Positions 12,100-25,527 of a DNA stretch of 64,000 nucleotides are shown here, piece after piece. Position numbers and translations under genes: made by a program. The notes under the pieces were generated by a model that did not search any database, was not told the origin of the DNA, and saw only the letters and a list, made by a program, of their open reading frames with translations. The stretch's first letter is position 1; each line of letters starts with the position of its first letter. Source of the stretch: Macrostomum lignano (taxonomy: Eukaryota); NCBI GenBank assembly GCA_002269645.1, contig NIVC01003400.1, positions 1-64,000 on the forward strand, in the 5' to 3' direction.

Positions 12100-12800
12100 C
12101 ACCACCATGACCCCTGTCCATGTCCTTCCATGGACCACTCTGACCCCTGTCCATGTCCTTCCATGGACCACCCTGACCCCTGTCTATGTCCTTCCATGGA
12201 CCACCCTGACCCCTGTCTATGTCCTTCCATGGACAACCCTGACCCCTGTCCATGTCCTTCCATGGATCACCCTGACCCCTGTCCATGTCCTTCCATGGAC
12301 CACCCTGACCCCTGTCCATGTCCTTCCATGGATCACCCTGACCCCTGTCCATGTCCTTCCATGGACCACCCTGACCCCTGTCCATGTCCTTCCATGGACC
12401 ACCCTGACCCCTGTCCATGTCCTTCCATGGACCACCCTGACCCCTGTCCATGTCCTTCCATGGACCACCCTGACCCCTGTCCATGTCCTTCCATGGACCA
12501 CCCTGACCCCTGTCCATGTCCTTCCATGGACCACCCTGACCCCTGTCCATGTCCTTCCATGGACCACCCTGACCCCTGTCCATGTCCTTCCATGGACCAC
12601 CCTGACCCCTGTCCATGTCCTTCCATGGACCACCCTGACCCCCTCCGTCTTTCCATGGACCGCCTTGACCCCGTCCATGTCCTTCCACAGACCACCCTGG
12701 CCCCCTCCCTGTCCTTCCATGGATCACCCTGACCCCCTACCTATCTTTTCATGGACCACCCTGACCCCCTTCCTGTTCTTCCATAGACCACCCTGACCCC
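12100..12800. repeat. 33-bp minisatellite (CCATGTCCTTCCATGGACCACCCTGACCCCTGT)n
   Basis: Direct reading; open in several frames with an 11-aa period. Confidence 0.97.
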
Positions 12801-13349
12801 CTCCTTGTCTTTCTGTTAGAAGACCACTATATATTTCCTGTACTAAGCAGCTAACTCAATTCTATCTTCCAGATGGAATCTGATATTTCCATTGCCCCAG
12901 CGCAGAGAGAGTGTGTGGGAGATAGAGAGCAACAACTGCTGTTTGGCCCAACCCAATCGAATGTTTATGAGTTTTGGGTAGGTGTGGGGTTCGCTTGGGT
13001 TCAAGTTCTATGTATATACAGAAGCGATTTGGGGAGCAGAAGGATGATGACAAGGGGGGGGGGGTTGTTTAGAGTCGGCCTGACAGGCTTGTATTCAGTT
13101 TACACAGAATCCATATGGGGGCTGTTTGCGGCTGTCTGAATGGCTGTCTGCGCGCGGCTGTGACAAAATGGGCCTAGGCTGGGATATGCCGTTTGCCCCA
13201 GAATCCCGACCAACCCAATGTGGCATAAATATTTTGATCAAGAGCATAATTTGCTGTTTAGCTTCTTCAAATCATGGTAAATAATGCGAAATGGACTGCA
13301 GGCAGGCTGGGCACAGCTAGCCTAAATGCTATTCATCAATGTGATTCAC

Positions 13350-14525
13350 ACTGTGCATGATTCACTGTCCCCCATTCACTGTGAATGACTCATTCTCCCC
13401 GATTCACTATCCCAGATTCACTATCCCCGGTTCACTATCCCAGATTCACTATCCCCGATTCACTGTCCCCGGTTCACTATCCCCAATTCACTATCCCAGA
13501 TTCACTGTCGCCGATTCACTGCCCCGATTCACTGTCCCCCATTCACGGTGCATGATTCACTGTCCTCCCATTCACTGTGCATGATTCACTATCCCCGATT
13601 CACTGTCCCGATTCACTATCCCCGATTCACTGTCCCGATTCACTGTCCCGATTCACTGTCCCCGATTCACTGTCCCCGATTCACTGCCCCGATTCACTGT
13701 CCCGATTCACTATCCCCGATTCACTGTCCCGATTCACTGCCCCGATTCACTGTCCCCGATTCACTGTCCAGATTCACTATCCCCGATTCACTGTCCCCGG
13801 TTCACTATCCCCAATTCACTATCCCAGATTCACTGTCGCCGATTCACTGCCCCCGATTCACTGTCCCCCATTCACGGTGCATGATTCACTGTCCTCCCAT
13901 TCACTGTGCATGATTCACTATCCCCGATTCACTGTCCCGATTCACTATCCCCGATTCACTGTCCCGATTCACTGTCCCGATTCACTGCCCCGATTCACTG
14001 TCCCCGATTCACTGTCCCGATTCACTGTCCCGATTCACTGTCCCCGATTCACTGTCCCGATTCACTATCCCGATTCACTGTCCCGATTCACTGTCCCCGA
14101 TTCACTGTCCCGATTCACTATCCCCGATTCACTGTCCCGATTCACTGTCCCGATTCACTGTCCCCGATTCACTGTCCCGATTCACTGTCCCGATTCACTG
14201 TCCTGATTCACTGTCCCCGATTCACTATCCCGATTCACTATCCCCGATTCACTGCCCCGATTCACTGTCCCGATTCACTATCCCCGATTCACTGTCCCGA
14301 TTCACTGCCCCGATTCACTGTCCCCGATTCACTGTCCAGATTCACTATCCCCGATTCACTGTCCCCGGTTCACTATCCCCAATTCACTATCCCAGATTCA
14401 CTGTCGCCGATTCACTGCCCCCCATTTACTGCCCCCGATTCACTGTCCCGATTCACTGTCCCCGATTCACTGCCCCCGATTCACTGTCCCCGATTCACTG
14501 CCCCCGATTCACTGCCCCCATTCGC
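13350..14525. repeat. 14/15-bp minisatellite (CCGATTCACTGTCC[C])n with higher-order block duplications
   Basis: Direct reading; a diagnostic variant block recurs near 13471, 13799 and 14367. Confidence 0.95.
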
Positions 14526-15199
14526 TACCCCAGATTACAATGCTTTCAGTTCTAACGTGGCAGTCGAGCGCATTTCTAGCAGTCAGCAGCCAGCAGGTAG
14601 CAACACAACAGTAGCTGCATCCCGCAGACTTTACCAAACAGGCACTCGCTCGTTGCTCTGATCGAATGCATCTGGCTGGCCTTGCATCTGTTCGCGCATT
14701 CGTTTAATTTCGATAAGCTGTTCCGCCTCTTCGGGCAGTTGAGGCCAAGAAAGAGAAACAGAGAGAGCGAGAATGTGTGTCTGTGTGTGTCAGGTGCCAC
14801 CCCCTGATCTGGTGTTACATGTCAGCCAGTCCGGCACCCACCAGCTGCGCGCAGATCGGAAACCGCGCTTGGCACAGGTGGGATTACACAGCACAACAGC
14901 ACACAATCTAGCTAAGGCTAAGACAGGCAATAAGAGCCAGGTGCTTCTCTCTCTCTCCTCCCCTCGCGCGGGAGTCAGTCCAGCCTCCGTCATCAGTCGC
15001 CCCCCTCCCTCTTAGCCAACCACAGCCGGCAGATCTGCCGGAGCCCCAGAGACTTGAGGGGAGGGATGCAAAATTTGAAAAGAGCCAGGAGGACAACTGA
15101 GCTCCCAAGAGGCCGCCTCTCTGACAGGTGTTAGGGGGGATGGGGGTCGCCCCCCTCCCTGGGTTCAAAACGATATGATGTGGTTAGACAAATCCCTCC

Positions 15200-15295
15200 C
15201 ATTGGTTGCTGCAGTCCTCCAATGAGGGAGGAGCAGAGTTTGGGGCCTTTGTCTCCATAAATAGAAGAGGCGGCTTCCCGGCAGGACAGTCAACT
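15200..15295 (+). promoter_or_regulatory. Putative core promoter of the Id/emc-like gene
   Basis: ATTGG (15201) and CCAAT (15219), TATA-like CATAAATA (15256-15263), Inr-like CAGT about 30 nt downstream (15287). Confidence 0.5.
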
Positions 15296-15337
15296 CACTC
15301 ACCGATCGATCACCTCAATTAGCATTCGATTCGCCAA

Positions 15338-15910
15338 ATGGAGAACTTTCCCATCTGCAACATCGCCAAGGAGGTGCTGATGCTTGAGCCGACCATCGAG
15401 AAGGCTGCATCAGCAGTTGGCGACGCCACCGACGAAGACATCGAAGTTGACGGCGTTGAAAATCTGGACTTCTGCTGTGGCGGCAGCGGCGGCGGCAGCG
15501 GCTGTCCACTACAGACTGAGGAGTTCTCTGGCGAGGAGGTTGTTGAGAACTTCGAGATGCTCCACCAGGCGATCCCGTGGCTGCAGAAGGCTGGCGTCAG
15601 CAGCGACTCGCACAGGGGCCAGCTGAAGATCCTGCAGGCAGCCATCGACTACATCGTCGACCTGGAGGAGCAGCTGACGGAGCACCTGAGCGAAGATCTG
15701 TACCGGGTGGCCATCCGGGAGAGCAAGGCGGCTCTGGAGCGGAGCCTTCGCGCCAGGCGGCCCTTCGCCGACCTCAACGCCACGGATGAAGAAGAGGACA
15801 ACGACTGCTTCGACATGGAAGACCTGCAGCAGCAGCAGCAGCAACAGCAACAGCAGCAGCAGAGCTTTGCGCAGCAACTCTCAGCAGTGAGTAGTTTTAC
15901 CTGTTTTTGA
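15338..15910 (+). CDS. Id/extramacrochaetae-like HLH protein with no basic region and a C-terminal polyQ; intronless
   Basis: ENFEMLHQAIPWL...QLKILQAAIDYIVDLEEQL resembles Id/emc helix1-loop-helix2, preceded by acidic rather than basic residues. AATAAA overlaps the stop (TGAATAAA). Confidence 0.8.
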   Translation: MENFPICNIAKEVLMLEPTIEKAASAVGDATDEDIEVDGVENLDFCCGGSGGGSGCPLQTEEFSGEEVVENFEMLHQAIPWLQKAGVSSDSHRGQLKILQAAIDYIVDLEEQLTEHLSEDLYRVAIRESKAALERSLRARRPFADLNATDEEEDNDCFDMEDLQQQQQQQQQQQQSFAQQLSAVSSFTCF

Positions 15911-15945
15911 ATAAATTTAGTATTAAACCACCTTAATCCTTACCA

Positions 15946-16155
15946 CTAAACCCTAAACCCTAAACCCTAAACCCTAAACCCTAAACCCTAAACCCTAAAC
16001 CCCAAACACTAAACCCTAAACACTAAACCCTAAACCCTAAACCTATACCCTAAACCCTAAACACTAAACCCTAAACCCTAAACACTAAACCCTAAACACT
16101 AAACCCTAAACCCTAAACCTATACCCTAAACACTAAACACTAAACCCTAAACCCT
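15946..16155. repeat. Interstitial telomere-like heptamer array (TAAACCC)n, i.e. (TTTAGGG)n on the minus strand
   Basis: About 30 units, with TAAACAC and TATACCC variants. Confidence 0.95.
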
Positions 16156-16860
16156 ATTCATTTGTTACCAAATCGAGTTAAACCGTCACTAAACTCCACC
16201 CGCAGGCAAAAATTCTGGGAGCCGAGTCAGCACTGAACAGGCCCTGGTAGACAGCGATAGGACGGTCTGCACTTCAATTCTCTCTGTCTCTCTCCCTGCA
16301 GCTTGACTTTGCTGTTTTGATTTACTGTACAAAGCTAGCTCGAATGATGTGAATAATAACGCTTATTTATCTGTCAATGTTGGCTCTGTTCAAGCCAAAG
16401 TCTGTGATATTAACTGGACTGCTCTTACACCTGCCCGCTTCTCCCTGCGTCCCCCTCGGCTCTGTCTTGTCAGCAAATTTTAATACTAAAGTTTTCTGCG
16501 TGTAACCCCACCTAGCTCCTTATCGCGTAGCCCTTACCCATCAGATGATTTGAGTCTCGCGCTGAGTTCACGCTCCGATGCTGTTTAAATTGCGCTTTAT
16601 TTCATTCACATCTACATTGGTCTCGCGTTCATTTTGGTTGCTTCTGGTCTGGCAGGCTTTGCATCACCCGCATTTTTGTTGCTTCAGCCAGCGATCATTG
16701 CGAGAATGTCAAGCATAAAAATGTTTCTTGTTTAGATTTTGAATTATAAATTATCTTAGTTACTCTGCATAACTTGGTCTGGTTGTATGCCCATCATTAA
16801 AATTGACATCACTGTCTTCTAAACTCTTTTTTTTACTGTGAAAGCAGTTCAGGATTCCTT

Positions 16861-16921
16861 TGATAGATAGATATATAGATAAAAATTTTTAGTATATAGG
16901 ATAGATAGATAGATAGATAGG

Positions 16922-16957
<36 letters not shown>

Positions 16958-17047
16958 CAGATAGACAGATAGACAGATAGATAGATAGACAGATAGATAT
17001 ATAGATAAATATTTTTAGTATATAGGATAGATAGATAGATAGATAGG

Positions 17048-17083
<36 letters not shown>

Positions 17084-17150
17084 CAGATAGACAGATAGAC
17101 AGATATATAGACAGATAGACAGACAGATAGATAGATAGATAGACAGACAG

Positions 17151-17181
<31 letters not shown>

Positions 17182-17200
17182 GATAGATAGATAGACAGAC

Positions 17201-17266
<66 letters not shown>

Positions 17267-17279
17267 GTAGATAGATAGG

Positions 17280-17378
<99 letters not shown>

Positions 17379-17380
17379 AC

Positions 17381-17422
<42 letters not shown>

Positions 17423-17448
17423 ACAGATAGATAGATAGATAGATAGAC

Positions 17449-17482
<34 letters not shown>

Positions 17483-17516
17483 ACAGATAGACAGATAGAT
17501 GGACAGACAGATAGAC

Positions 17517-17599
<83 letters not shown>

Positions 17600-17700
17600 C
17601 AGATAGACAGATAGATGGACAGACAGATAGACAGATAGATGGACAGACAGATAGACAGATAGACAGATAGATGGACAGACAGATAGACAGATAGATGGAC
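16861..17700. repeat. (GATA)n/(GACA)n microsatellite with an internal duplicated AT-rich interruption
   Basis: Direct reading. Confidence 0.97.
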
Positions 17701-18559
17701 AGGCACATCAGCAGTCTGACAGCAGCAGAGGAGCCGGTCGCTGCCAGAAAATGGAAAGCGAGAGCGAGTGACCCAGGCTGCGCGAGTGTCAGGCAAGAAA
17801 AAAGCGTGAGAAAGCGAGGATCGCGGAGCAGAAAGTGGCGCAGCTGCTCCCGCCTGAGTGAGTGAGAGAGAGACCCCAAGCAACCAAACTAGCCCACCTG
17901 TAGAGTTTTGGAAGCAAAATGAAAGCAGATGGATAAGGTTTGCCGGCAGATGGGGTCCACCCAATGCCCCCCTCTCTCACCATCACCTGTATTACCTGCT
18001 CCATTCCCAGCGCTCCTCCCACCTTCCCCAAACTCTGCCGGTCTGCTTGGGCAAAGTCTCTCAAAATCATCTGTCCAGCTGTGGCTGCGATGCGAAACGG
18101 GCGAAGGAAGAGAGAGAGGGTGGGAACGGCTCCGAGGACTCCGGGCCTGCGGCAGGTGGGATCCGTCGCCCCTCTCTCGCTCTGCTTATAGTTCTCCCAG
18201 ATGGCGCTGCCCCCCCCCCAGCAGCACCCGCCATGCCAACTGGTGACTTCTCATCGCGCCAGCTGCTTGGGCCCGCCTGGCCTGTGTAAACGGCCTCCAC
18301 CCCCCCCCCCCCTACGTCCTCAACCGCCCTCCGCTGCCCAAATCCCCAAACGCGTATGCTGCATTTTTTTATTGCAAGCCGACAGAGAGGGAGGCAATGA
18401 AAGTTTCAGTCTCTCATCTCACACATTCTTCTACCTCAGCAAAGAATCTTCCTTTTCTGTTTTTTATGTCTGTTCTGATTTCATCAATAGTTTTGTTTTA
18501 CACATATACATTGTATGCTATATCATTTTCTCCATTTTTATCTCGAACATAAACTCTAC

Positions 18560-18870
18560 AGTACTCTCTTTCTCTCCTTTTCTTTACTCTCTCTCCTTAT
18601 CTATTCTCTCTCATTATCTATTCTCTCTCATTGTCTCTACTCTCTTCTTATCTCTACTTCTTATCTCTACTCTCTTCTTATCTCTATTCTCTCCTTTTCT
18701 CATATCCATTTCCTTATCTCTACTCTCTCTCTCCTTTTCTCATCTCCCTCTCCTTATCTCTACTCTCTCCTCATCTCTACTCTCTTCTTATCTATACTCT
18801 CTCTCTCCAACTCTACTCTCAATTTTCTACTCTCCCTATCTATTTTTGCTTCCTCTCACTATTTATCCTC
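18560..18870. repeat. CT-rich low-complexity tract (TTATCTCTACTCTC-like)
   Basis: Direct reading. Confidence 0.8.
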
Positions 18871-19360
18871 CTGTTACTTTGCCGAGAGTCTATTCGGAGG
18901 CGAGTGGAGAAAAGAGAAGGGTGAAGGGGGCTGAGACTAAAGCAAACTGCTCCAGATGAGGCAGTGGGGTGGGAACGCAGCCGCTGGGTGACTGCTGCCC
19001 GAATTGATGGGGAGCCTCCCTAGGAACTGTTGGGCCGGGATTTTAGATGATGATGCTGTGCGGGAACGGCGCCGCCGGGAGTCTGCGCGTGGGAGAAATG
19101 ATTTCTGCATCTTGCATCTGCAAGTTCTCACCCGGGCGCGGCCGGCGGCTTCGACGGAGCGCGCCGAAGAAAGCTGAGGAAAAGGCCGGAATCGTGGCGG
19201 GGCACCGAGGCTCCCCTCACCCCACTTGCTCCCGCTCTCAACTCTGCAGAAAGGAAGCAGCTGGCATCTCCTTCACTGAGGCCAGCTTCTCTTTAGGGGC
19301 CAGCTGGCTCTGGGAGGGAAATGCGAAATTGCTTTTGTACCTTGTCTGTGGGTGTAGGGG

Positions 19361-19657
<297 letters not shown>

Positions 19658-20029
19658 ACAATTGAGTGATCAGTTTGTCAAGCCCCTGCAGGGTAAGCGG
19701 AACTCTGTCACAGTTTTGGCCGTCTTAACAAAAATGCGGCAGGCGGCAGGCGGCGGGCTATTCACAAAGAATTCGGCAGTGGTTTCGTGGGCGCGCGACC
19801 CAAAAGAATGTCGCAGTTGGTTTTGCGCGACCTGTGAGCGGCCGGGTCGGGGCAGCCAGTCGGTCGACGCCGCGCAGATGGCTGCGGGTACCGAAGAGAC
19901 ACGTGGCAAAGTGAGCGGGATGGCGGAATACGAGTCTGTTTTCCTATGACAGAATGCGAGAAAGGAAACAGTAGAAAATTTAATTATAGCGTCAGAACCT
20001 TTCTAGCTAACCGCAAACACACAGACGCT

Positions 20030-20103
20030 AAGACAGGCAGACAGACAGACAGATATACAGGCATGACAGACAGACAGACAGGCAGACAGACAGACAGACA
20101 GGC

Positions 20104-20148
<45 letters not shown>

Positions 20149-20150
20149 CA
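20030..20150. repeat. (GACA)n/(GGCA) microsatellite
   Basis: Direct reading. Confidence 0.9.
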
Positions 20151-20829
20151 GAAGATCGCACACAATGAACCCCAGTATCGTTAGAGAACGGACCGATCGC
20201 AGAGCTCTCATGCCGCGAGAGTCCTGTAGGGCACAGGAGGAGGCAGCGGTCGTCATAAACGCGACCTCAGCATCACATGGTGGCGGCAGTGGGCATGGGG
20301 GCTGAGAGCGGGGTGACTCAGAAACTCAGAAACGCGGGCAGTCCCCGAAGAATACAATGTTCCCACTTCTTAGTTGCCCCCAGATGCCTTCCCTCTCCCC
20401 GATCTGCGTCCCGCCCGCATCTACGCAGAATCCCCATTCCGGTTTTCCTCCCTCATCAGCAGCTGAGCAAGGCCATAAGTTATCTGCCTATTGTTGACGG
20501 GGGAAAAGTCGGCCAGATGCTGTGTTGATCGTGCGGGCGGATGGACGACTTCCCCTGTTCCGGGAATGAGAAATCCTAAAATATATGTTTGCGTACCTGC
20601 AGGGAGCGGGTGGCCCACATATCCCAGCAATACACTCAGCTGGGCAGCCATAGAAACTCTTTGTTCGTTTGCGTAAAATGCTTTTTAACACAAAGATCGG
20701 TCTGGTTGAGTCGGCGGGGAGTTTGATTGTAAATTGGAGAAATTAATGGGCCGATTCATTCGGATTTGAGACCTGATGTTGTGACACAATAGCAATGAAT
20801 TTTATAATTCCTTCATTTTTGGAATCTGT

Positions 20830-21165
20830 AGGATAATTCAGTTATATATATTCTGGGATAATTCAGTTTAGGAACTCGTCGATATTCTGGGATAATTCAG
20901 TTTAGAAACTCGTTGATATTGTGGGATAATTCAGTTTAGGAACTCGTCGATATTCTGGGATAATTTAGTTTATGAACTCGTCGATATTCTGGGATAATTC
21001 AGTTTAGGAACTCGTCGATATTCTGGGATAATTCAGTTTATGAACTCGTCGATATTCTGGGATAATTCAGTTTAGGAACTCGTCGATATTCTGGGATAAT
21101 TTAGTTTATGAACTCGTCGATATTATGGGATAATTCAGTTTAGGAACTCATCGATATTCTGGGAT
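20830..21165. repeat. 34-bp minisatellite (GATATTCTGGGATAATTCAGTTTAGGAACTCGTC)n
   Basis: GATATT recurs at 20881 and 20915, and so on. Confidence 0.95.
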
Positions 21166-22004
21166 TAAATCTATCTGGGTCTAAAAAAATTTACATTGAA
21201 AATAAACTTTAACAGATTTCCACTGACGTCAGTCATGGTTGACTAATAATAAATTCGCGACTCACTAATCCTGCCTTCAATTCCGCTATTTCAGTCGATT
21301 AGCTCACAACGAAGGGAACCTTAGAAAGAAATATAATTATGAGAATAGTCTCAAAAACTGCATGAGCAGGAAGCTGAGCTCGGCGTTATCCTGCTTCCCT
21401 CTAGTCCCAATTTTCCTCTGGCTTCCAGTTGTGAATTTCAGCTAACCCCACTCCCAGGTCCTCAGCCACTTCCGGGAGACAGAGTCAGCCAGAGCTGGCG
21501 CACCCTGCCCTCACCCGCCGACCCCTGTTGTTGAGTTTCTGCACGTGTCTGGTCCAGGAAGTGCGGCAGGGACCGAGAGAGCGCCAACGGGACAGCAGGA
21601 AGGAGGCCAGAATGAAATCGTCGGCTCTTTGTTCCGCAGCGTCTGTCCAATAGATGAAGGAGACAGGAGAGAGACAGAGAGACTCATCCAACTCAACCGA
21701 TGATTTCCCAGCCGCGAATCACAAATCCCAATCAATTGAATTCAGCCTCAGAGTTTGCAGAAGGAAGTGCAGCAGCGGTCTCAGCAGCCAAATGCTTCGT
21801 GTCTTCCTGGCACTCAGCAAACAATGGAATGGCTTTCCACCGCTGCGCATTCAGGAAGCGGCAAGTGCTCAATCTTGAATCCCGAAACCACGAAAATCCC
21901 CCAGTTCTCAAAAACCTTTCATTCCAATTTCCAATTTCCTGTGCGGAAGCGGTTTTTTCTGGGCAAGAGCGGATTAACGTCAAACTTCTCTCCAAATCTG
22001 AACC

Positions 22005-22535
22005 TCTCCCTCTCTGCCTCTCTCCCTCTCTACTTCTCTACTTCTCTCCCTCTTTACTTCTCCGATTCTCTCCCTCTCTCCCTCTCTCCCTCTCTACTTC
22101 TCTACTTCTCTCTCTCTTTACTTCTCCGATTCTCTCCCTCTCTCCCTCTCTCCCTCTCTACTTCTCTACTTCTCTCCCTCTTTACTTCTCTACTTCTCTC
22201 CCTCTCTACTTCTCTGATTCTCTGATTCTCTCCCTCTCTCCCTCTCTCCCTCTCTTTCTCTCTACCTCTCTCATTCTCTCCCTCTCTACTTCTCTCCCTC
22301 TCTACTTCTCTCCCTCTCTGCCTCTCTCGCCCTCTACTTCTCTCCTTCTCTGCCTCTCTCCCTCTCTACTTCTCTACCTCTCTGACTCTCTCCCTCTCTA
22401 CTTCTCTCCCTCTCTCATTCTCTCCCTCTCTCACCTCTCTCCCTCTCTCTCTCCCTCTCTCACCTCTCTCCCTGTGTCTCTCTCTGTCTCTCTCTCTCTC
22501 TCTCTATCTGTCTCTCTCTACCTCTCTACCTCTAT
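22005..22535. repeat. CT-rich pyrimidine minisatellite (CTCTCTACTTCTCTCC-like)
   Basis: Direct reading. Confidence 0.9.
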
Positions 22536-23642
22536 TTATTTTGATTATTTTTTCTCTGCTTTTTTATCCATTTTTCTGACACTGTGTACGGTGCACCTGC
22601 ATTTCTTGCTCCGAGCATTTAATAGTTTTTTATTTACCTTGTCTATTTATTTTGCCTTTTATTTCCAAAATTGTTATCCTGCCCTTAAAGGTCGTTTAGG
22701 CCCACTTGTACAGTTTTAGTCACCCCTCCGCTTTTCTCAGAGTCTCAGACTCGTTTTAATGTATACTGGCCATGCGTACTGTTTTGAGCGCTTGAGCACA
22801 CCCATTTATCGATTGTCTCTCCCTGGCGATATTTACCTGGTATCTAATTCGAAATATGGGCAATCCAACTAAATTGACTTTTGTCAGTCCTTTCTACCGT
22901 GTCAGGGCCTGAGATTGCAGGTGCCCTCCTCTCTCTCTCTCTGTCTCTCTCTCTCTCTACCTCTCTACCTCTCCCGCTCCCTCTCTCCCATCTCTTTCTC
23001 TCTTTGTTCGCCTCTCGCCTCTTTCAAGCAGCCGGCCCTGTAGTTCCATCAAGCTAACTGGTTATCTACTCGTAGCTTTCCGTTTCATTCTCTATCCCCT
23101 AATTATTTGAGTAGCCGGGAGTAAAGAGTCATCGAAAGCTCTTAGCCGACCGCATATTGTCGGGTCTCGGACTCAGCGACGAGGCCTTGCGCCTCTGTTT
23201 ACCAAACTGGCACCCAAACCTGCAGGGCTCCACTGTCTATAGCTGATTCATTTCAACCATATTGGTGTCACTCGAGAGCCACCTGCAGGCACTTCGGCAA
23301 TATTGGGCGCGCGGGGACAGCCAAACACGCACACGATGACCAGTGGCGTGCCGAATGTTTGACCAGTGCGAGCAAACAGCGACAAGTACTGGTAGATCCT
23401 TTGTGCTGGCAGCTTATAAGCTATTGTTTTGTCTCTCGGCTCACACCTCCTCACGTGCGATATCTCTTTATCCAGAAAAAAGCGAACTCAACGATAGAAT
23501 GAATGATTGAGCATGATAGAAGCCTGACACGCGTTCAGGAAGCTGGCGAATGATGGAGCATTAGATAGGATTAGATAGGACCACCTAGGATAGGTGGATG
23601 AGAAGGGTGTTAAGTCCTTGCTTGGTTAATTTTCTTGAAAAA

Positions 23643-24240
23643 AGGGCGGATCAAGGGGCGGATGAGGGTAGGGTGTGATCATAATAGGGCGGATCAAGGA
23701 GCGGATGAGGGTAGGGTGTGATCATAATAGGGCGGATCAAGGAGCCGATGAGGGTAGGGTGTGATCATAATGGGGCGGATCAAGGAGCCGATGAGGGTAG
23801 GGTGTGATCATAATGGGGCGGATCAAGGAGCGGATGAGGGTAGGGTGTAATCATAATAGGGCGGATCAAGGAGCGGATGAGGGTAGGGTGTGATCATAAT
23901 GGGGCTGATCAAGGAGCGGATGAGGGTAGGGTGTGATCATAATGGGGCTGATCAAGGAGCGGATGAGGGTAGGGTGTGATCATAATGGGGCTGATCAAGG
24001 AGCGGATGAAGGTAGGGTGTGATCATAATAGGGCGGATCAAAGAGCGGATGAGGGTAGGGTGTGATCATAATGGGGCTGATCAAGGAGCGGATGAAGGTA
24101 GGGTGTGATCATAATGGGGCGGAGCAAGGAGCGGATGAATGGGCGGATCAAGGGGCGGATGATGGGGCAGATGAAGGGGCGGATTAAGGGGCGGATCAAG
24201 GGGCGGATTAAGGGGCGGTCGAAGGGGCGGATGAGAGCTG
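23643..24240. repeat. 43-bp G-rich minisatellite (GGGCGGATCAAGGAGCGGATGAGGGTAGGGTGTGATCATAATA)n, ending in ~14-bp AAGGGGCGGAT units
   Basis: Direct reading. Confidence 0.95.
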
Positions 24241-25159
24241 GTTTGGATCACGAATGCTAGGTTAGAAAGCCAATTACTTTAAAAATACTTTAGCAAATTT
24301 ATTTTCGAGTGGGAACGACATTTTGAAAAAAGAAGAAGTTGGATTTGTCACAATAAAAAATCCAGACACAATTGCGCGGCTATTTTTAGACTTCTTTAAA
24401 TTTGCATATCCTGTTCCAGAGGAAGTAAATGTGTTTTTTGCAAGAATTTCGCATCTTTTTTACCTCTCGATCCAGGGCTCAAACGGCATTGCTCCAATTA
24501 AGATTCTGAAATGGCGCAAGGCTCTCAAATGACGCGAATAAATCTCTCTCAAGTTCTTAACTCCCAAGCCCTGGGGCCATTTTGACAAGAAGATAATTGG
24601 CGCAGTGGAGTGGCCTCATTGTCGCTTAAGCCCCCCCCCCCTGAGCTGACAAGTGTGAGCAGAGCGTTCTCAATTTCAAACACCTTTTAAACGATTTCTA
24701 AACAAGGCGAAGACAAGACAGAAGCAGAGTTGGGCAAGAAGAAAAAAACACAACAATTTTCTTCTGTTGGCACTTGGCCGACAATTCGACTGGAAACTTT
24801 TTTCGACAGTTGAAAAATTAAATTTGGGAGCTCAGTTTTTCAACCTTAATGAACCTAAGAGCTTAATTCGATAATTGGCCTTTATCAGCCTGTGAGCTCG
24901 GAAATTCTAATGCGAAAAGTAGGTGACAAACTTTTGAGAAATTTAGATAGCTCGTAGATAATCTTATAGCGAATATAGGGTGGGGTGGCTTTTCTGTTCT
25001 AGGAAAATTTCAACATGATAATCGGTTTTATGATGCCATACTCGATCAAGAAAGGTCAGTGAAAAGTCCCATGCGTGAGCTTGATATTTCCAAAATATCT
25101 CAAGTATGTCTATCATATTCACTTCCCATTCTATATCCTTAGAATGATATTTTATCCTC

Positions 25160-25527
25160 CGTCTATCCTCAGTCTATCCCCAGTCTATCCTCATTCTAAC
25201 CCCATATCTATCCCCAGTCTATCCTCAGTCTATCTTCAGTTTATCCTCAGTCTATCCTCAGTCTATCCTCAGTCTATCCTCAGTCTATCCTCAGTCTATC
25301 CTCAGTCTATCCCTAGTCTATCCTCAGTCTATCCTCTCAGTCTATCCTCAGTCTATCCTCAGTATATCCTCAGTCTATCCTCAGTCTATCCTCAGTCTAT
25401 CCTCAGTCTATCTTCAGTCTATCCTCAGTCTATCCTCAGTCTATCCTCAGTCTATCCTCAGTCTATCCTCAGTCTATCCCCAGTCTATCCTCAGTCTATC
25501 CCAGTCTATCCTCAGTCTATCCTCTAG
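25160..25527. repeat. 11-bp minisatellite (AGTCTATCCTC)n
   Basis: Direct reading. Confidence 0.95.

Noticed and set aside
11182-14661. Periodic ORFs such as LNLPILKVIPS, PCPCPSMDHPD (metallothionein-like look) and IHCPDSLSRFT
   Set aside because: All follow from 33-bp and 14/15-bp tandem repeats that are open in several frames.
16833-17964. LSIYLSIY-type ORFs here and at 19293, 30427 and 62728-63977
   Set aside because: (GATA)n microsatellite translations.
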